Assembly: GCA_963817385.1 (NCBI GenBank)
Contig: CAWFOM010000018.1
Span: forward strand, 1-59,464
Direction of reading: 5' to 3'
DNA length: 59,464 nt
Source of the DNA: an uncultured delta proteobacterium
GTDB taxonomy: Bacteria > Desulfobacterota > Syntrophia > Syntrophales > UBA5619
How positions within the stretch are numbered: position 1 is the first letter of the stretch; each line of letters opens with the position of its first letter. Both the position numbers and the translations under genes were made by a program. This document shows positions 10,627-20,489 of this stretch, piece after piece. The notes under the pieces were generated by a model that saw nothing but the letters and a program-made list of their open reading frames with translations, was not told where the DNA came from and did no database searches.

Positions 10627-11140
10627 CTATATAAAACGCATGAACGTCATGAAGCCCAGCGGCAACTGCACTTTAAGTATCACCTCGAAAATCAGCCATA
10701 GCAAAAAAAATGAGAGCACCGCAGAAATGAGTGAAAATTTTAAACTCTCCTTTTCCACGACGTATAATAAAAAGAAAAACAGCATACCGGAGGTGAGGTA
10801 AAATCCCACCGTTTCGATCAACCAAGGGAAAACAGCTAAGCAGGCGACTATCAAGATCATTTTAGAGACAGCGCTTTTACTGGCGAAAGGGATCTCTTCT
10901 TTCTGTGCTCGGCTGATGCTTAGCTTGGATTGCCAGAATTGCTCCCAGAAAAACTGATATTGCTCCAAGCCAAAAAGGGAAATAGCCTGCTGATGGACCA
11001 AACTCATCGGCATAGGGAAGTTTATTCGCCTGAATAATCACAAAACTACCGAATAATATCCATAAAATACTCGAAACCTGGTCCACTCGTTTTCCAGAAA
11101 TTGATAACGGAGAATGGTTATCGATAGAATTTTCAGCCAT
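10627..11140 (-). CDS. tctB: TctB small permease, split by one extra base near 10920
   Basis: Two overlapping ORFs give N-half (GPSAGYFPFWLG) and C-half (IFEVILKVQLPLG); removing one base joins them. Confidence 0.8.
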
Positions 11141-11826
11141 ATGTTCCCTCCGGGAATATTGTTTGGTTGATACGGTTTACCGAAAATCCACCATCAACAG
11201 TTTATGATAATTACATTTATTGGAGAAATCGCTGTTTTTTATTTGGACCGGGGTGAAAGCAAATCAGCAGCAAGCTTCCTTCCTTTCACCGTTTGAGTAA
11301 ATTAGTTGGTGTTGTCTTGGTTTATGTGTATATTTGACTTGATAAAGAGAGATATTCAGGCTACCAGCGCCGTGTTACCCAAAAAAATCGATGCACAGGA
11401 TATCATCGACCTTTTCTCATGGATACAGACGAAAAACCATCGAGGGTTTATCTCTCATCGGAAACGAAATTTGGCATGTCGGGGGCGGCGCCATATGCAT
11501 CGTTAGTAGGGTTCTATACCTCATAGCAACTCTGCATTACCTAATTTACCATTCTGGATCATCCATTGTTGGCCGCTTTTAGGCGTGGCTAACATAGAAT
11601 CCTGGCACTGTCAAGTTTATTGTGTAAAATATTCATACGTCAATTTTTACGAACTTTTTCAGCAGGGTTTAACCTCCAATGCATCTCCATTTTCAACGAT
11701 ATGAAGCCCAAGATCCGATAACGGGCGATCTCTATGACCTTGGCCCGGCGGCTGTGGTAAAGCGGATCTCACGGGCCTGTTCGAGCAGGACATCGACGAG
11801 TCTGACAAATTATAAGCGTATCCGGT

Positions 11827-12465
11827 CTATTCGGAGTTCTTGCTCGTGATTCTCTTCAGCAGTTTTTCCGCCCGATAAGTATTAAAGATGCCGCAATCGC
11901 ACATCCGGGAGAGCTTCTTGGCTGCCGCATTGCACGTCATTTTCCCTCGGCTGATTTCTTTGACCATATGGTCAATCAGATTGCCGGAGACCATGGCATG
12001 CCCGCACATCGTATGAATTTCCATGGTCTCCCCTTTCGGCAGCCGCTCCGTCCTGCCGTGAATACCCAGGGAATAGTTCACCGTATGCGGGCGCAAGCCG
12101 ATTTCCGAACATATCTTTTCCGTCTCGCCGCATAAGCTGGAGATCACGACGGATATTCCGAAGTCTCTCTCTTTGATTTCATTCAAACATGCCTTCAGCT
12201 TCTCTCTATCCTTGAAAACTGCGTGGATGATCCGGCTCGTGGCCTTCTTCAAGTCTTCCATGTTGTACAGCTCGTCCCCGTCCCAATTGGGATTGTGATT
12301 GCCGAAATTCACGAGATCCTGCTCATAATGGGAAATCACTTCCCAGATCTGCTGCATCGTTTTTTCGGATCCCTCACGATTAACCCGTCGGGACGTCAGA
12401 ATCAGCATGACATAATCTTCCTGAAGATCCTCAATGGTTCCCTGTCGATGCAATGTATGGGTCAT
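11827..12465 (-). CDS. Conserved hypothetical His/Cys-rich protein, copy 2
   Basis: ATG 12465 right after ferredoxin stop; HTLHRQG, PHTVNYSLGIHG, TMCGHA, CDCG. Confidence 0.85.
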   Translation of the reverse strand: MTHTLHRQGTIEDLQEDYVMLILTSRRVNREGSEKTMQQIWEVISHYEQDLVNFGNHNPNWDGDELYNMEDLKKATSRIIHAVFKDREKLKACLNEIKERDFGISVVISSLCGETEKICSEIGLRPHTVNYSLGIHGRTERLPKGETMEIHTMCGHAMVSGNLIDHMVKEISRGKMTCNAAAKKLSRMCDCGIFNTYRAEKLLKRITSKNSE

Positions 12466-12466
12466 T

Positions 12467-13201
12467 TCATGCCTCCTGAAAGAGTGGACGACCGAGGCCC
12501 ACGTTCGTTTTCGTGTTGGGTCTTGCGGAGAATCCGACCTCTTTTGCGATGGCGAGGAACGGCGTGCCCCCATCCGGATGAACGCGACTAATCAGATCGA
12601 GCGAAAAAACCGTATCGATTTTTGTCGATACATCTTTTAAGGTTACCAGAACTTCCTGTAATTTTTCCGCTTCGATCTTGAATTCGAGTATCGCGGAAAG
12701 CACCTTTTCATTCAGTACGCGCTCATCGATTTTTCCCGTCTTTTGATCGACCATCAATTCAGCCACGGGATTGTTGGGTTCAAACTCAACCCCTAACCGG
12801 GCTATGGCCATGGCCACCGTCTGAAGGTCTCTGAATGATGTGCCGACGCCGGGACGACCCATTTCGACCGCAACGCCGGCAACTCCAAAGGGAAACCGGC
12901 CGGTCACATCATTGGTCTTCATCTCTTCTGTTCCCCTTCCCTGACCGGTCGTCAAGGGATGTTTGACATGGGGATTGCTGAACGGTTCCCGGATGGACCT
13001 CGGCCATTCCAATTTCGGCATATAAATCGCGTCGACCGGGCAGACGCCGGATCTCTTGTAACAGCACCCGCACTCCACGCACTCGACCTGGTCGATCTCA
13101 CTGACCGATCGGCCTTCCCATTCCACCGCCGCGATTGCGCCAACCGGGCAATAGGGATGACATTCATCGCATCCGATACACTTTTCCTTGTCAATCAGCA
13201 T
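12467..13201 (-). CDS. 2x[4Fe-4S] ferredoxin domain plus unknown C-terminal domain, copy 2
   Basis: CIGCDECHPYCP and CVECGCC...CP; GRGTEEMKTNDVTGR, GRPGVGT, EKVLSAILEFKI, GLGRPL. Confidence 0.88.
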   Translation of the reverse strand: MLIDKEKCIGCDECHPYCPVGAIAAVEWEGRSVSEIDQVECVECGCCYKRSGVCPVDAIYMPKLEWPRSIREPFSNPHVKHPLTTGQGRGTEEMKTNDVTGRFPFGVAGVAVEMGRPGVGTSFRDLQTVAMAIARLGVEFEPNNPVAELMVDQKTGKIDERVLNEKVLSAILEFKIEAEKLQEVLVTLKDVSTKIDTVFSLDLISRVHPDGGTPFLAIAKEVGFSARPNTKTNVGLGRPLFQEA

Positions 13202-13287
13202 TGAAATCCTCCATACATGATTGGATGTTAATGGGATTACACCTATTTTTTGATTTTTTCATTCAGGTATTGCTTTCGCTGGGAGGA

Positions 13288-13316
13288 ACTATAGGGGGCC
13301 TATTATTGCGTGTCAA
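13288..13316 (-). promoter_or_regulatory. Sigma70-type promoter for the Fe-S module copy 2
   Basis: TTGACA-17 bp-TATAGT on minus strand, ~90 bp upstream of ATG 13201. Confidence 0.7.
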
Positions 13317-13651
13317 GGGATATTTTGCATCGCAAAGTAGGGGCTGGCGATGCGGTTGGGAAAGGAATGTGGAGCAGATGCCGCTCTTTTGAGAAATCAG
13401 ATCACCTTTTGGTCGAGTCACCCGTCAAGAAGGCGATCCAGGAATATTCAGGGTACCGATAAGGGCAACCATTGCTCATTGAAATGTTGGATACCCGTTA
13501 AAATTACCGGATGCTACATTTCAGTCAACTATTATGCGACCTTCCCGGCGCCGACGCAGACACCCAACGCGAAACATTTTGATCGGACACCATACCCACA
13601 ATTATTTTCCTGCCGTTTTTGAATGTTTAGACGGCCTTCCCCTTCACAGGA

Positions 13652-14713
13652 TCAATGGTGAACAGTGAGCCGTTCGGTCTCAATTCTTTTCAGGGTCGCC
13701 CGGAAATCCTTTGGAGGAGGTTCCATTTGGGGCTTTTCGGTCAATGAAATGGCTTGTTCAGGGCAAGTGCTGACGCAAAGTCCGCAGCCGATGCATTTCT
13801 CAATTGCTACTTCGGAATGCCCATCCCCTTCTTTGATGGCCTCCACCTGGCATCGCTCGATACAAAGACCGCAATTCAAGCAAAGAGCGGAGTCGATTTT
13901 CGCTTGATAATAGGAAACCGTCACATACTTGGCTTTGGAGACCAACTTCACGGTTTTCAGGATGGGACAGCAGCAGGGACAGCAGCAGCAAATAGCCGCC
14001 AATTCCTGTGTATTGGAGGGCGAAAGCACCAATCCTGACTCCTCCGCCAAATCCAGAATGCTCAGGGCCTCTTCAACGGAAATTTCCCTCCCCCATTGGT
14101 TGTCGATATAGAAGCGAGCGAATTGTCCGAAACCCAGGCAGGTCTCTTTCGGACGATCGCATTCTTTCCCTAACAGTTTCTGTTCTTTCCGGCAAATGCA
14201 ATCTGCCACCGAAATCAATTCCTGCTGCCTGACCATCTCTCTGATTTTATTGTAAGGGGCCACGTTGTGCAGAGCCGTGACCGCCGACTCCACAGGGATT
14301 ACCCGGAGCTGCTTGGTTTTTACCCGTGCCAAGGAAATGCCGAAATAAGGAAGATATTCCTCAAACATCTGGGAAAATTCACTGTCCAGGTTATTTACCT
14401 GGAACTCGTAAATTCCGATCATGAACTGATAGGCCTGGTATAGTACTTGATCACCGTTTCTCACTCTGAAAATAAGTCCCTTCCGCACCATATCCTCGAG
14501 TTTTGAGGCCAGCTCGGACTCTTCTCTTCCAAGACGAACTGTTATCTGGGAGAGTTCTTCCGGTTCGCTACGAAGATTCATGGTCAGCTCCGCTTCTTCC
14601 GGGGTGAAGAGCTTTTTTAGGATCCTTATTTCGATCCCTGTAGGTGTCGCCGGAAAGCCTGTCGGCAATGTGTCCAAAAATTCTCTAAGCCTTTCATAAA
14701 CGTCGTTGCTCAT
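13652..14713 (-). CDS. Fe-S protein with N-terminal HTH-like region, Cys-rich centre and C-terminal 2x[4Fe-4S]
   Basis: ILKKLFTPEEAEL, DCICRK, ICCCCPCCC, CLNCGLCIERC, CIGCGLCVSTCP. Confidence 0.85.
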   Translation of the reverse strand: MSNDVYERLREFLDTLPTGFPATPTGIEIRILKKLFTPEEAELTMNLRSEPEELSQITVRLGREESELASKLEDMVRKGLIFRVRNGDQVLYQAYQFMIGIYEFQVNNLDSEFSQMFEEYLPYFGISLARVKTKQLRVIPVESAVTALHNVAPYNKIREMVRQQELISVADCICRKEQKLLGKECDRPKETCLGFGQFARFYIDNQWGREISVEEALSILDLAEESGLVLSPSNTQELAAICCCCPCCCPILKTVKLVSKAKYVTVSYYQAKIDSALCLNCGLCIERCQVEAIKEGDGHSEVAIEKCIGCGLCVSTCPEQAISLTEKPQMEPPPKDFRATLKRIETERLTVHH

Positions 14714-14799
14714 TTTTTCTCCTTTCAATAAGGGCAGGTTTGAATTAAGGGTTGTATCTATTCCATCTCAATTTTAAGTCAAGAAAAATCTCAGCATCA

Positions 14800-15010
14800 G
14801 ATGCTGCTTACCACTTGAAACGCCGCATGGACTATCGCGAATAGAAAAACAACGGTTCAGGCAGTAACCCATGCGTTGCCTTTCAATGCCTGCGCAGGGC
14901 AGGCCTCGACACAGCGGGTACAACGGCCGTAAAAGGTTCGGCGGTGCACAGGGGAGTTCTCTGTCGGCGAAAACGGTTCCCAAGCTAATCCATGGCCCAA
15001 ACCTGAGGTC
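14800..15010 (-). pseudogene. Degraded fragment of an epoxyqueuosine-reductase/RdhA-like Fe-S protein
   Basis: FGPWISLGTVFADRELP followed in another frame by GRCTRCVEACPAQALKG; no start; limits approximate. Confidence 0.55.
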
Positions 15011-15067
15011 AGTCCTTTTGAAGACATTCTATCACTTCCGCGGCTTGCGGAAGGGCGCGCGACGGGG

Positions 15068-15844
15068 TTATCCTGCGGCCGGATTTTTTCCCAGTTCCTG
15101 AATCTTTTGCAGGTATCTTCTGACGCGCTTCGCATTAGTCCCCAGATCGCTTCGTCCGACGCGGGAGACGGAGCGGACATCGATCCGGCTTCCCCCGGCG
15201 GTCGGGGTAATCCGGACGACGATATCGTCCTTGAAGCCGAACCAGAAGGTGGTGTCGGTCGCCTCGATCCTTCCTTCCTTCTCGTTGGCATCGGCGACCT
15301 GCCAGTCTAAGGAATTAGCCGCACTCACCGTCAGGGTGAATGCGCGACCGGGCGGGATGGCGAGTTCGAGGGGAACGATGTCCGGATAAGCCGCCCGTTG
15401 CTTGGCGGCGACCTCCGGCCCGCCATAGGCGGCCTTATTGGCCGACGCGTTCCGCACGGGCAGGAGGGCCACGAACCGCGGCGGATTCTCCTTGTCGGTC
15501 GTTATGTCATGGATGGCCGGTACGTGGTGGGATTTCTGCCCCAACGACCAGGGGATGAGGACAACGATGAGGGCGATCAGGAGCCCGGCCGTCGACCAGA
15601 CAATTCCCCGATGCTTGCCGCCAGGCCAGGTTACCGCACAGCCGATGAGGGATAGCACCCCGCAGGCAATCCCACCATATGCGGCGATTCTCAGGATAAA
15701 AAAGCCTCCACGATAATCCCAGAATCCCCAGCGCGTTCCCCATCCCGCCGCTATCTCTGCCAGTCCGGCGAGGAGCGCCAGGATGAATCCGCCGACCGCG
15801 AGGGGGGAAAGGGTCCGTTTTTTCCGTTCAGTCTCAGTTTCCAT
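15068..15844 (-). CDS. DUF1499-family membrane protein
   Basis: Three TM segments, IHDITTD, QRAAYPDI, IEATDTTFWFGFKDDIVVR, SRVGRSDLGTNAKR. Confidence 0.85.
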   Translation of the reverse strand: METETERKKRTLSPLAVGGFILALLAGLAEIAAGWGTRWGFWDYRGGFFILRIAAYGGIACGVLSLIGCAVTWPGGKHRGIVWSTAGLLIALIVVLIPWSLGQKSHHVPAIHDITTDKENPPRFVALLPVRNASANKAAYGGPEVAAKQRAAYPDIVPLELAIPPGRAFTLTVSAANSLDWQVADANEKEGRIEATDTTFWFGFKDDIVVRITPTAGGSRIDVRSVSRVGRSDLGTNAKRVRRYLQKIQELGKNPAAG

Positions 15845-15939
15845 GATCCATCTCCTGTTGTCATTTTTCCCCGCAGATGATGTTGCCCCATCTCGGCGTC
15901 CTTTGCCCGGGCATCGCTCGCGGCAACCGGCTTGTTGTT

Positions 15940-17595
15940 TCAGGCGTACACCGGATACGCGGGATCGTACATCTTCGCTTTGATGTAAGCGGGCAGATCC
16001 GCCGGTTCGGGTATGGCGGCGAGCTCCCGCGTAAAGGCAACCTTGGCCACCGCAAGGGCAATGCTCGCCGACACCTCGCGGATGAGCGACAGGGGCGGAT
16101 AGATCCGGCCGAGGATCAAATCGCGTTCGGTGACCTGTTCATCCAGAGCTCGGGCGGCAGCGGCGAACATCTCAGCCGTTACGTGCGATGCTTCCGAGAT
16201 CAAAACGCCCAAGCCGACGCCGGGGAAGATGTAGGAGTTGTTCGACTGTCCCGGCACGAAGGTCCGGCCGTCCGCGGTGACGGCGGGATAGGGGCTGCCG
16301 CTGGCGAAGATGGCGCGCATCCCCGTGGAGCGGTAGGCCGCCTCCGCGTTGCATTCCGACCTCGATGTTGGGTTGGAGAGGGCAAAGATGATCGGCCTCT
16401 CGTTGATCCGGGCCATCGCCTCCAGGACCGCCGGGGTGAAGGTGTTCGGCTGACCCGATACGCCGATAATCGCCGTCGGCCGGACGGCCTCGACGGAGGA
16501 GAGGAGATCCGGGCTAAACGGTTGGTCATGCGCGTAGGGGCGCTTGTGCGAGGTCAGGTCGGTGCGGCCGGCGACAACGAGGCCCTTGGAGTCCACAAAC
16601 CAGCAATGGCGGCGGGCATCCGCTTCCGGAAGGCCCGCTGCGACCATCGCCGAAACGACGAGATCGGCGATGCCGATAGCGGCCTCGCCCGCCCCGAAAA
16701 ACAGGAGACACTGACCGGTGAGCCGGCCGCCGATGATGCGCAGAGCCGAATACAGGCCGGCGAGGACGACGGCGGCGGTACCCTGGATATCGTCGTCAAA
16801 GAGGCAATACCGGTCGCGGTACTGCTCCAGCAGACGAAACGCGTTCGCGTTTCCGAAATCCTCGAGCTGGATCATGACGCGGGGATATAGTTTAGTTACC
16901 GCGGCCATGAACTCGCCGAGGAGCGCGTCGTACTCTTCTCCCCGGAGGCGCGGCTCCGGCAGGCCGATGTAACTTGGGTCATTCAAAAGCTCGCGGTTAT
17001 TGGTTCCGACATCGATCATCATCGGCAGGCAGATATCCGGGTCGATGCCGGCGCAGGCGGTATAAAGCGACAATTTTCCGATGGGAATTCCCATTCCATT
17101 CGCCCCGAGATCGCCCAGGCCAAGGATGCGTTCCCCATCGGTGACAACGATCACGCGAACGTCGTTATGGCCCCAGTTTTGTAAAATCTCCTTGATGCGG
17201 CCGCGGTCGTACTTCGTGATGAACATGCCGCGCGGGCGGCGGAATATCCGGCTGTACTCCTGGCACGCCAGCCCGACGGTAGGGGTGTAGACAACCGGGG
17301 TGAGCTCTTCGATGTTCTCGATTAGGACACGGTAGAACAGTCTCTCATTTCGATCCTGGAGACCGACCAGGTAAAGGTATTTCCCCAGATCGGTTGGTAT
17401 GCACCTGATGGTATCGATGACGTGCCGTGCCCGCTCCTCTTGAGAAAAAATTCGCGGGGGGAGCAGGCCGTGCAAGCCGAGCGCATCACGTTCTGCCGCG
17501 GTAAAGGAAGTTCCCTTGTTCAGATGAGGCTCGTGGAGTAAGGCGCTCCCTTTCGGAAGTTGCGCCGTGGAAATGTTGGTCGATTGGTTTTTCAT
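15940..17595 (-). CDS. maeA: NAD(P)-dependent malic enzyme
   Basis: NKGTSF, YTPTVG, VTDGERILGLGDLG, FDDDIQGT, GAGEA, LSNPTS. Confidence 0.95.
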   Translation of the reverse strand: MKNQSTNISTAQLPKGSALLHEPHLNKGTSFTAAERDALGLHGLLPPRIFSQEERARHVIDTIRCIPTDLGKYLYLVGLQDRNERLFYRVLIENIEELTPVVYTPTVGLACQEYSRIFRRPRGMFITKYDRGRIKEILQNWGHNDVRVIVVTDGERILGLGDLGANGMGIPIGKLSLYTACAGIDPDICLPMMIDVGTNNRELLNDPSYIGLPEPRLRGEEYDALLGEFMAAVTKLYPRVMIQLEDFGNANAFRLLEQYRDRYCLFDDDIQGTAAVVLAGLYSALRIIGGRLTGQCLLFFGAGEAAIGIADLVVSAMVAAGLPEADARRHCWFVDSKGLVVAGRTDLTSHKRPYAHDQPFSPDLLSSVEAVRPTAIIGVSGQPNTFTPAVLEAMARINERPIIFALSNPTSRSECNAEAAYRSTGMRAIFASGSPYPAVTADGRTFVPGQSNNSYIFPGVGLGVLISEASHVTAEMFAAAARALDEQVTERDLILGRIYPPLSLIREVSASIALAVAKVAFTRELAAIPEPADLPAYIKAKMYDPAYPVYA

Positions 17596-17744
17596 TGTCC
17601 AACTCCATGATTGTATTTAAATAGTATGTTCCCTATTTCCGACTTTCGTCAATGGCTGATTATTGGTGGGAGTTTCCTGACACCGTTTCTCCGTTGGTAC
17701 GGTTGCGGATCCCACCGAAGATCCGGTACGCCAAACGGCGGTCT

Positions 17745-18980
17745 CTACATCCGAATGCCGTAAGTAAGGGCGGTGCGGTCGAGGGCCACTCGCAGGGAGG
17801 CATGGAGGAGTTCATTGCGGTTCAGGATGAACGGGTGATACTCGAGGCGGAATTCATCCACGGTAACCCGGATACCGGAAAGCCGGGGGTGGAGATTCCG
17901 CTTATCCGCGAACATCTGGGCGAGGGTGATGATGATCCCTTCGGCCGCTTCATGCAGGGGGAGAGTGACCGGATAGAGGGAGGTCTCGGGGAGGCGGCTG
18001 CTCTCGTCGCCGAGCGGCCGCAAGAGGGTCATCTGGCGCGCCCACCGCAAATAGAGGGCCGGATTGACCTTGAAGGCGGGCGACCAGTAGTAGAGAGGCG
18101 CCGCGGTGAATGCCGGGGTGATCGCCTTGGGAAGATTCGCCAGACGGATCAGATCGGCGTAGGAGGCAAGTTCCATCCCCGTGATCCGGGGTTTCATTCG
18201 CCAAAAGGGGAGGTACAGGGCGATCTCCTTTGTCTCCGGAGGTGGCGTCATCACGACGAATTCCACCCCGGCGAACGTATCCTCCGGGCATGCCCAGGCG
18301 GAATTGCAGTTACGGCAGATCAGGATCAGCGAGTCGCGTTCCCCCTCCATGTCCCATCCGCAGTGGGGACAGAGGGTAGGGACAAAGCGGATCTGTCCCC
18401 GCTCCGCCGGCGGGGCGGAAAGCAGCCGTTCCCGGTCATCGGCGGTGCAAGCGCAGACGGGCCTTTTGAGGATGGCGTCGATAAGGGTTTCACCCTTAAG
18501 GAGCAGGGGTGCGTGGATCAGGCTTACCGTTTCGCCGATAAAGATCCGGGTGAAGAGATCCTGAGGGCCGGACCCCGGGTCGGGAACGGCCGCGTCACTG
18601 TGAAGATCCGGGGCGATAAACCGCCCCTGTGTGTCCGGTGAGACGAAGCGAAGCTTTAGGACCTGCGGCCGGAGACCGAGGGAGTACGGCAGCCCCGGGA
18701 AATTGACGGCCAGGGTGCTGGTATCTGCGAACCGGTGGATCACTTCGACTCCGGTTGCCGAGAATGCAGAGCCCCGGAGACGCCGGTAAGGGATATAGAT
18801 GAGTTCCCCGTCAGCTCCCGCTGCCGGCGGTATGTAGTAACGGAAGTGGTCCTTTGCCGAGAGGTAGAGACGTGTCCGGCAGAAGGGGCAGGCCAGGAGC
18901 CGGTCCGTCTCATCCAGCGTCACCGGCGCCCCGCACTGGGGGCAGCCCTGTTCGATCTGCCAGTTAGTTCCGTTTCCCAT
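17745..18980 (-). CDS. Hypothetical protein with two zinc-ribbon motifs
   Basis: CPQC..CPFC and CPHC..CRNC pairs; 411 aa ORF. Confidence 0.75.
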   Translation of the reverse strand: MGNGTNWQIEQGCPQCGAPVTLDETDRLLACPFCRTRLYLSAKDHFRYYIPPAAGADGELIYIPYRRLRGSAFSATGVEVIHRFADTSTLAVNFPGLPYSLGLRPQVLKLRFVSPDTQGRFIAPDLHSDAAVPDPGSGPQDLFTRIFIGETVSLIHAPLLLKGETLIDAILKRPVCACTADDRERLLSAPPAERGQIRFVPTLCPHCGWDMEGERDSLILICRNCNSAWACPEDTFAGVEFVVMTPPPETKEIALYLPFWRMKPRITGMELASYADLIRLANLPKAITPAFTAAPLYYWSPAFKVNPALYLRWARQMTLLRPLGDESSRLPETSLYPVTLPLHEAAEGIIITLAQMFADKRNLHPRLSGIRVTVDEFRLEYHPFILNRNELLHASLRVALDRTALTYGIRM

Positions 18981-19024
18981 GTTCCGCCGAGACCTTTGAA
19001 TTTCTCCGTATTTTGGCCTAAGTC

Positions 19025-19093
19025 GTCATTCGGGCGAAAGCCGGAATCCGGTCCTTTCAGGACCTTCTGGACCCCGGCTTTCGCCGGGGTGAC
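19025..19093. repeat. REP-like nested palindromic element
   Basis: GTCATTCGGGCGAAAGCCGGAATCC...GGACCCCGGCTTTCGCCGGGGTGAC, imperfect inverted repeat in an intergenic region. Confidence 0.65.
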
Positions 19094-19207
19094 AAAATGG
19101 GGGCATTTTTCAAAACTCTCCCCCAGCCTTCCCTGCTTAATCTTTCTTTTGTCGCGTTTCCGGGCTCTTTATCCGGCAGGATCTGCGGATCTTTGATCGG
19201 CAGGGGG

Positions 19208-20050
19208 TCAGCGGGTGAGGAGGACCGGTATCGTGCTCTTGCGGATGACCGCAGAGGTCGTGCTCCCGACGAGCAATTCACGGAGGCGATTATGGCCGTA
19301 CGCCCCCATGACCAGGAGATCCACCGATTCTTCCTGGATGAAACGGAGGAGTTCCTTGTCCTCCTTGCCTTTCCGGACGATGATGGTGCTGTCGATCTTG
19401 AGCGGGGAGAGAAAATCCCTAACCTTTTGCGAGCGTTTCTCTCCGAGGGTCTGATCGTCCGTGATGATAACGACAGTCAGCGGCCAGGCGGCTCGTTGAG
19501 ACAGTTCTGCGGCCAGTCTCAGGGCGTTGTGGGCAGGGGCGCTTCCATCGTAGGCCAGCGCCATACTTTTGATCTCCCGGAACTTTTCCGGAGTGACCAG
19601 GACCGGTTTCCCGGAAAGGCGAACGACGGACTGGGCCGTGGATCCGAGGACCGCCCCGCCGCCGAGGTGGAAGTGTTCACCCCTCTGGGCTAAGAGTATC
19701 CAGTCGCAGCACGTCCGGCCCTCTTCGATAATCGTCTCGTCGATCACTCCGGCGACCTTCTTCGTTTCGGGATGAATCCCCGCCGCCTCGCACTGTTCGC
19801 GGAACTCCCCGAGGATCGATTCGGCCTTGGCGTCGAGGCCGCTTTCAATGACCGGGAGAAACTCCTGGTAGGGGGGGAGTCCGATGGAGCCGGAGATGTC
19901 GGTGAATATGGGTCCCTGCATGAGGCGGACGTCCACAACATGCAATCCCGTCAGTTGAGCGTCCAGCTTCCGGGCGATGGAGATGCCGTAGGCGATGGCT
20001 GTCTTTCCGTAATCGGAGCCATCGGTCGGGATAAGGATGTTCTTGACCAT
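19208..20050 (-). CDS. Universal stress protein (two Usp domains)
   Basis: KNILIPTDGS, LGSTAQSVVR, ALAYDGS, LLVMGAYGH...GSTT. Confidence 0.92.
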   Translation of the reverse strand: MVKNILIPTDGSDYGKTAIAYGISIARKLDAQLTGLHVVDVRLMQGPIFTDISGSIGLPPYQEFLPVIESGLDAKAESILGEFREQCEAAGIHPETKKVAGVIDETIIEEGRTCCDWILLAQRGEHFHLGGGAVLGSTAQSVVRLSGKPVLVTPEKFREIKSMALAYDGSAPAHNALRLAAELSQRAAWPLTVVIITDDQTLGEKRSQKVRDFLSPLKIDSTIIVRKGKEDKELLRFIQEESVDLLVMGAYGHNRLRELLVGSTTSAVIRKSTIPVLLTR

Positions 20051-20421
20051 ACTGTGACCTCCTTTTACTTTCCAGAGACTGTCTGCGGCAGCGTTTCCTC
20101 CGTGAGAGGTGAGATTGAGCGGTCTTGCCATTTGACGGACAACGTGTGATTTTAATAAGCCATCCGGCTGGGGATTGCAACAAAAAAACAGGGCGGCATG
20201 ATGACGCCAGCGTCGCAGCGACCCGGTGACCGGGGCATTTCATCCTTCCCTCTCTTTTCATCAGACCGGATATTCGGCGGAATGAGGGGATCGTCGCAAG
20301 GCCGAGCTTTCAACAGGCCAGAAACCGCTTATTACGGTGGTGCTGGCTATGCGAACAGTATCTGCGAGTCTTCAGTACGAAACTTCTCTGAAAGTCGATA
20401 ATTTTCATTCGAAACATGCAT

Positions 20422-20451
20422 AAAAAAGGCAGAGCCGATCTCAGCCCTGCC
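20422..20451 (-). terminator. Intrinsic terminator after PEP-CTERM gene
   Basis: Minus strand GGCAGGGCTG...CGGCTCTGCC followed by T6. Confidence 0.7.
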
Positions 20452-20489
20452 ATGGTGTTGATAATTGATGTCGATATTCGCTAAGAAAT

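Noticed and set aside
11300..11826. Small ORFs in the AT-rich spacer, including a weakly Lon-like peptide near 11715
   Set aside because: Too short and degenerate to support.
6267..13201. Composite transposon or recent tandem duplication explaining the repeated module
   Set aside because: The copies are well diverged and there is no transposase or terminal repeat; these are old paralogs.
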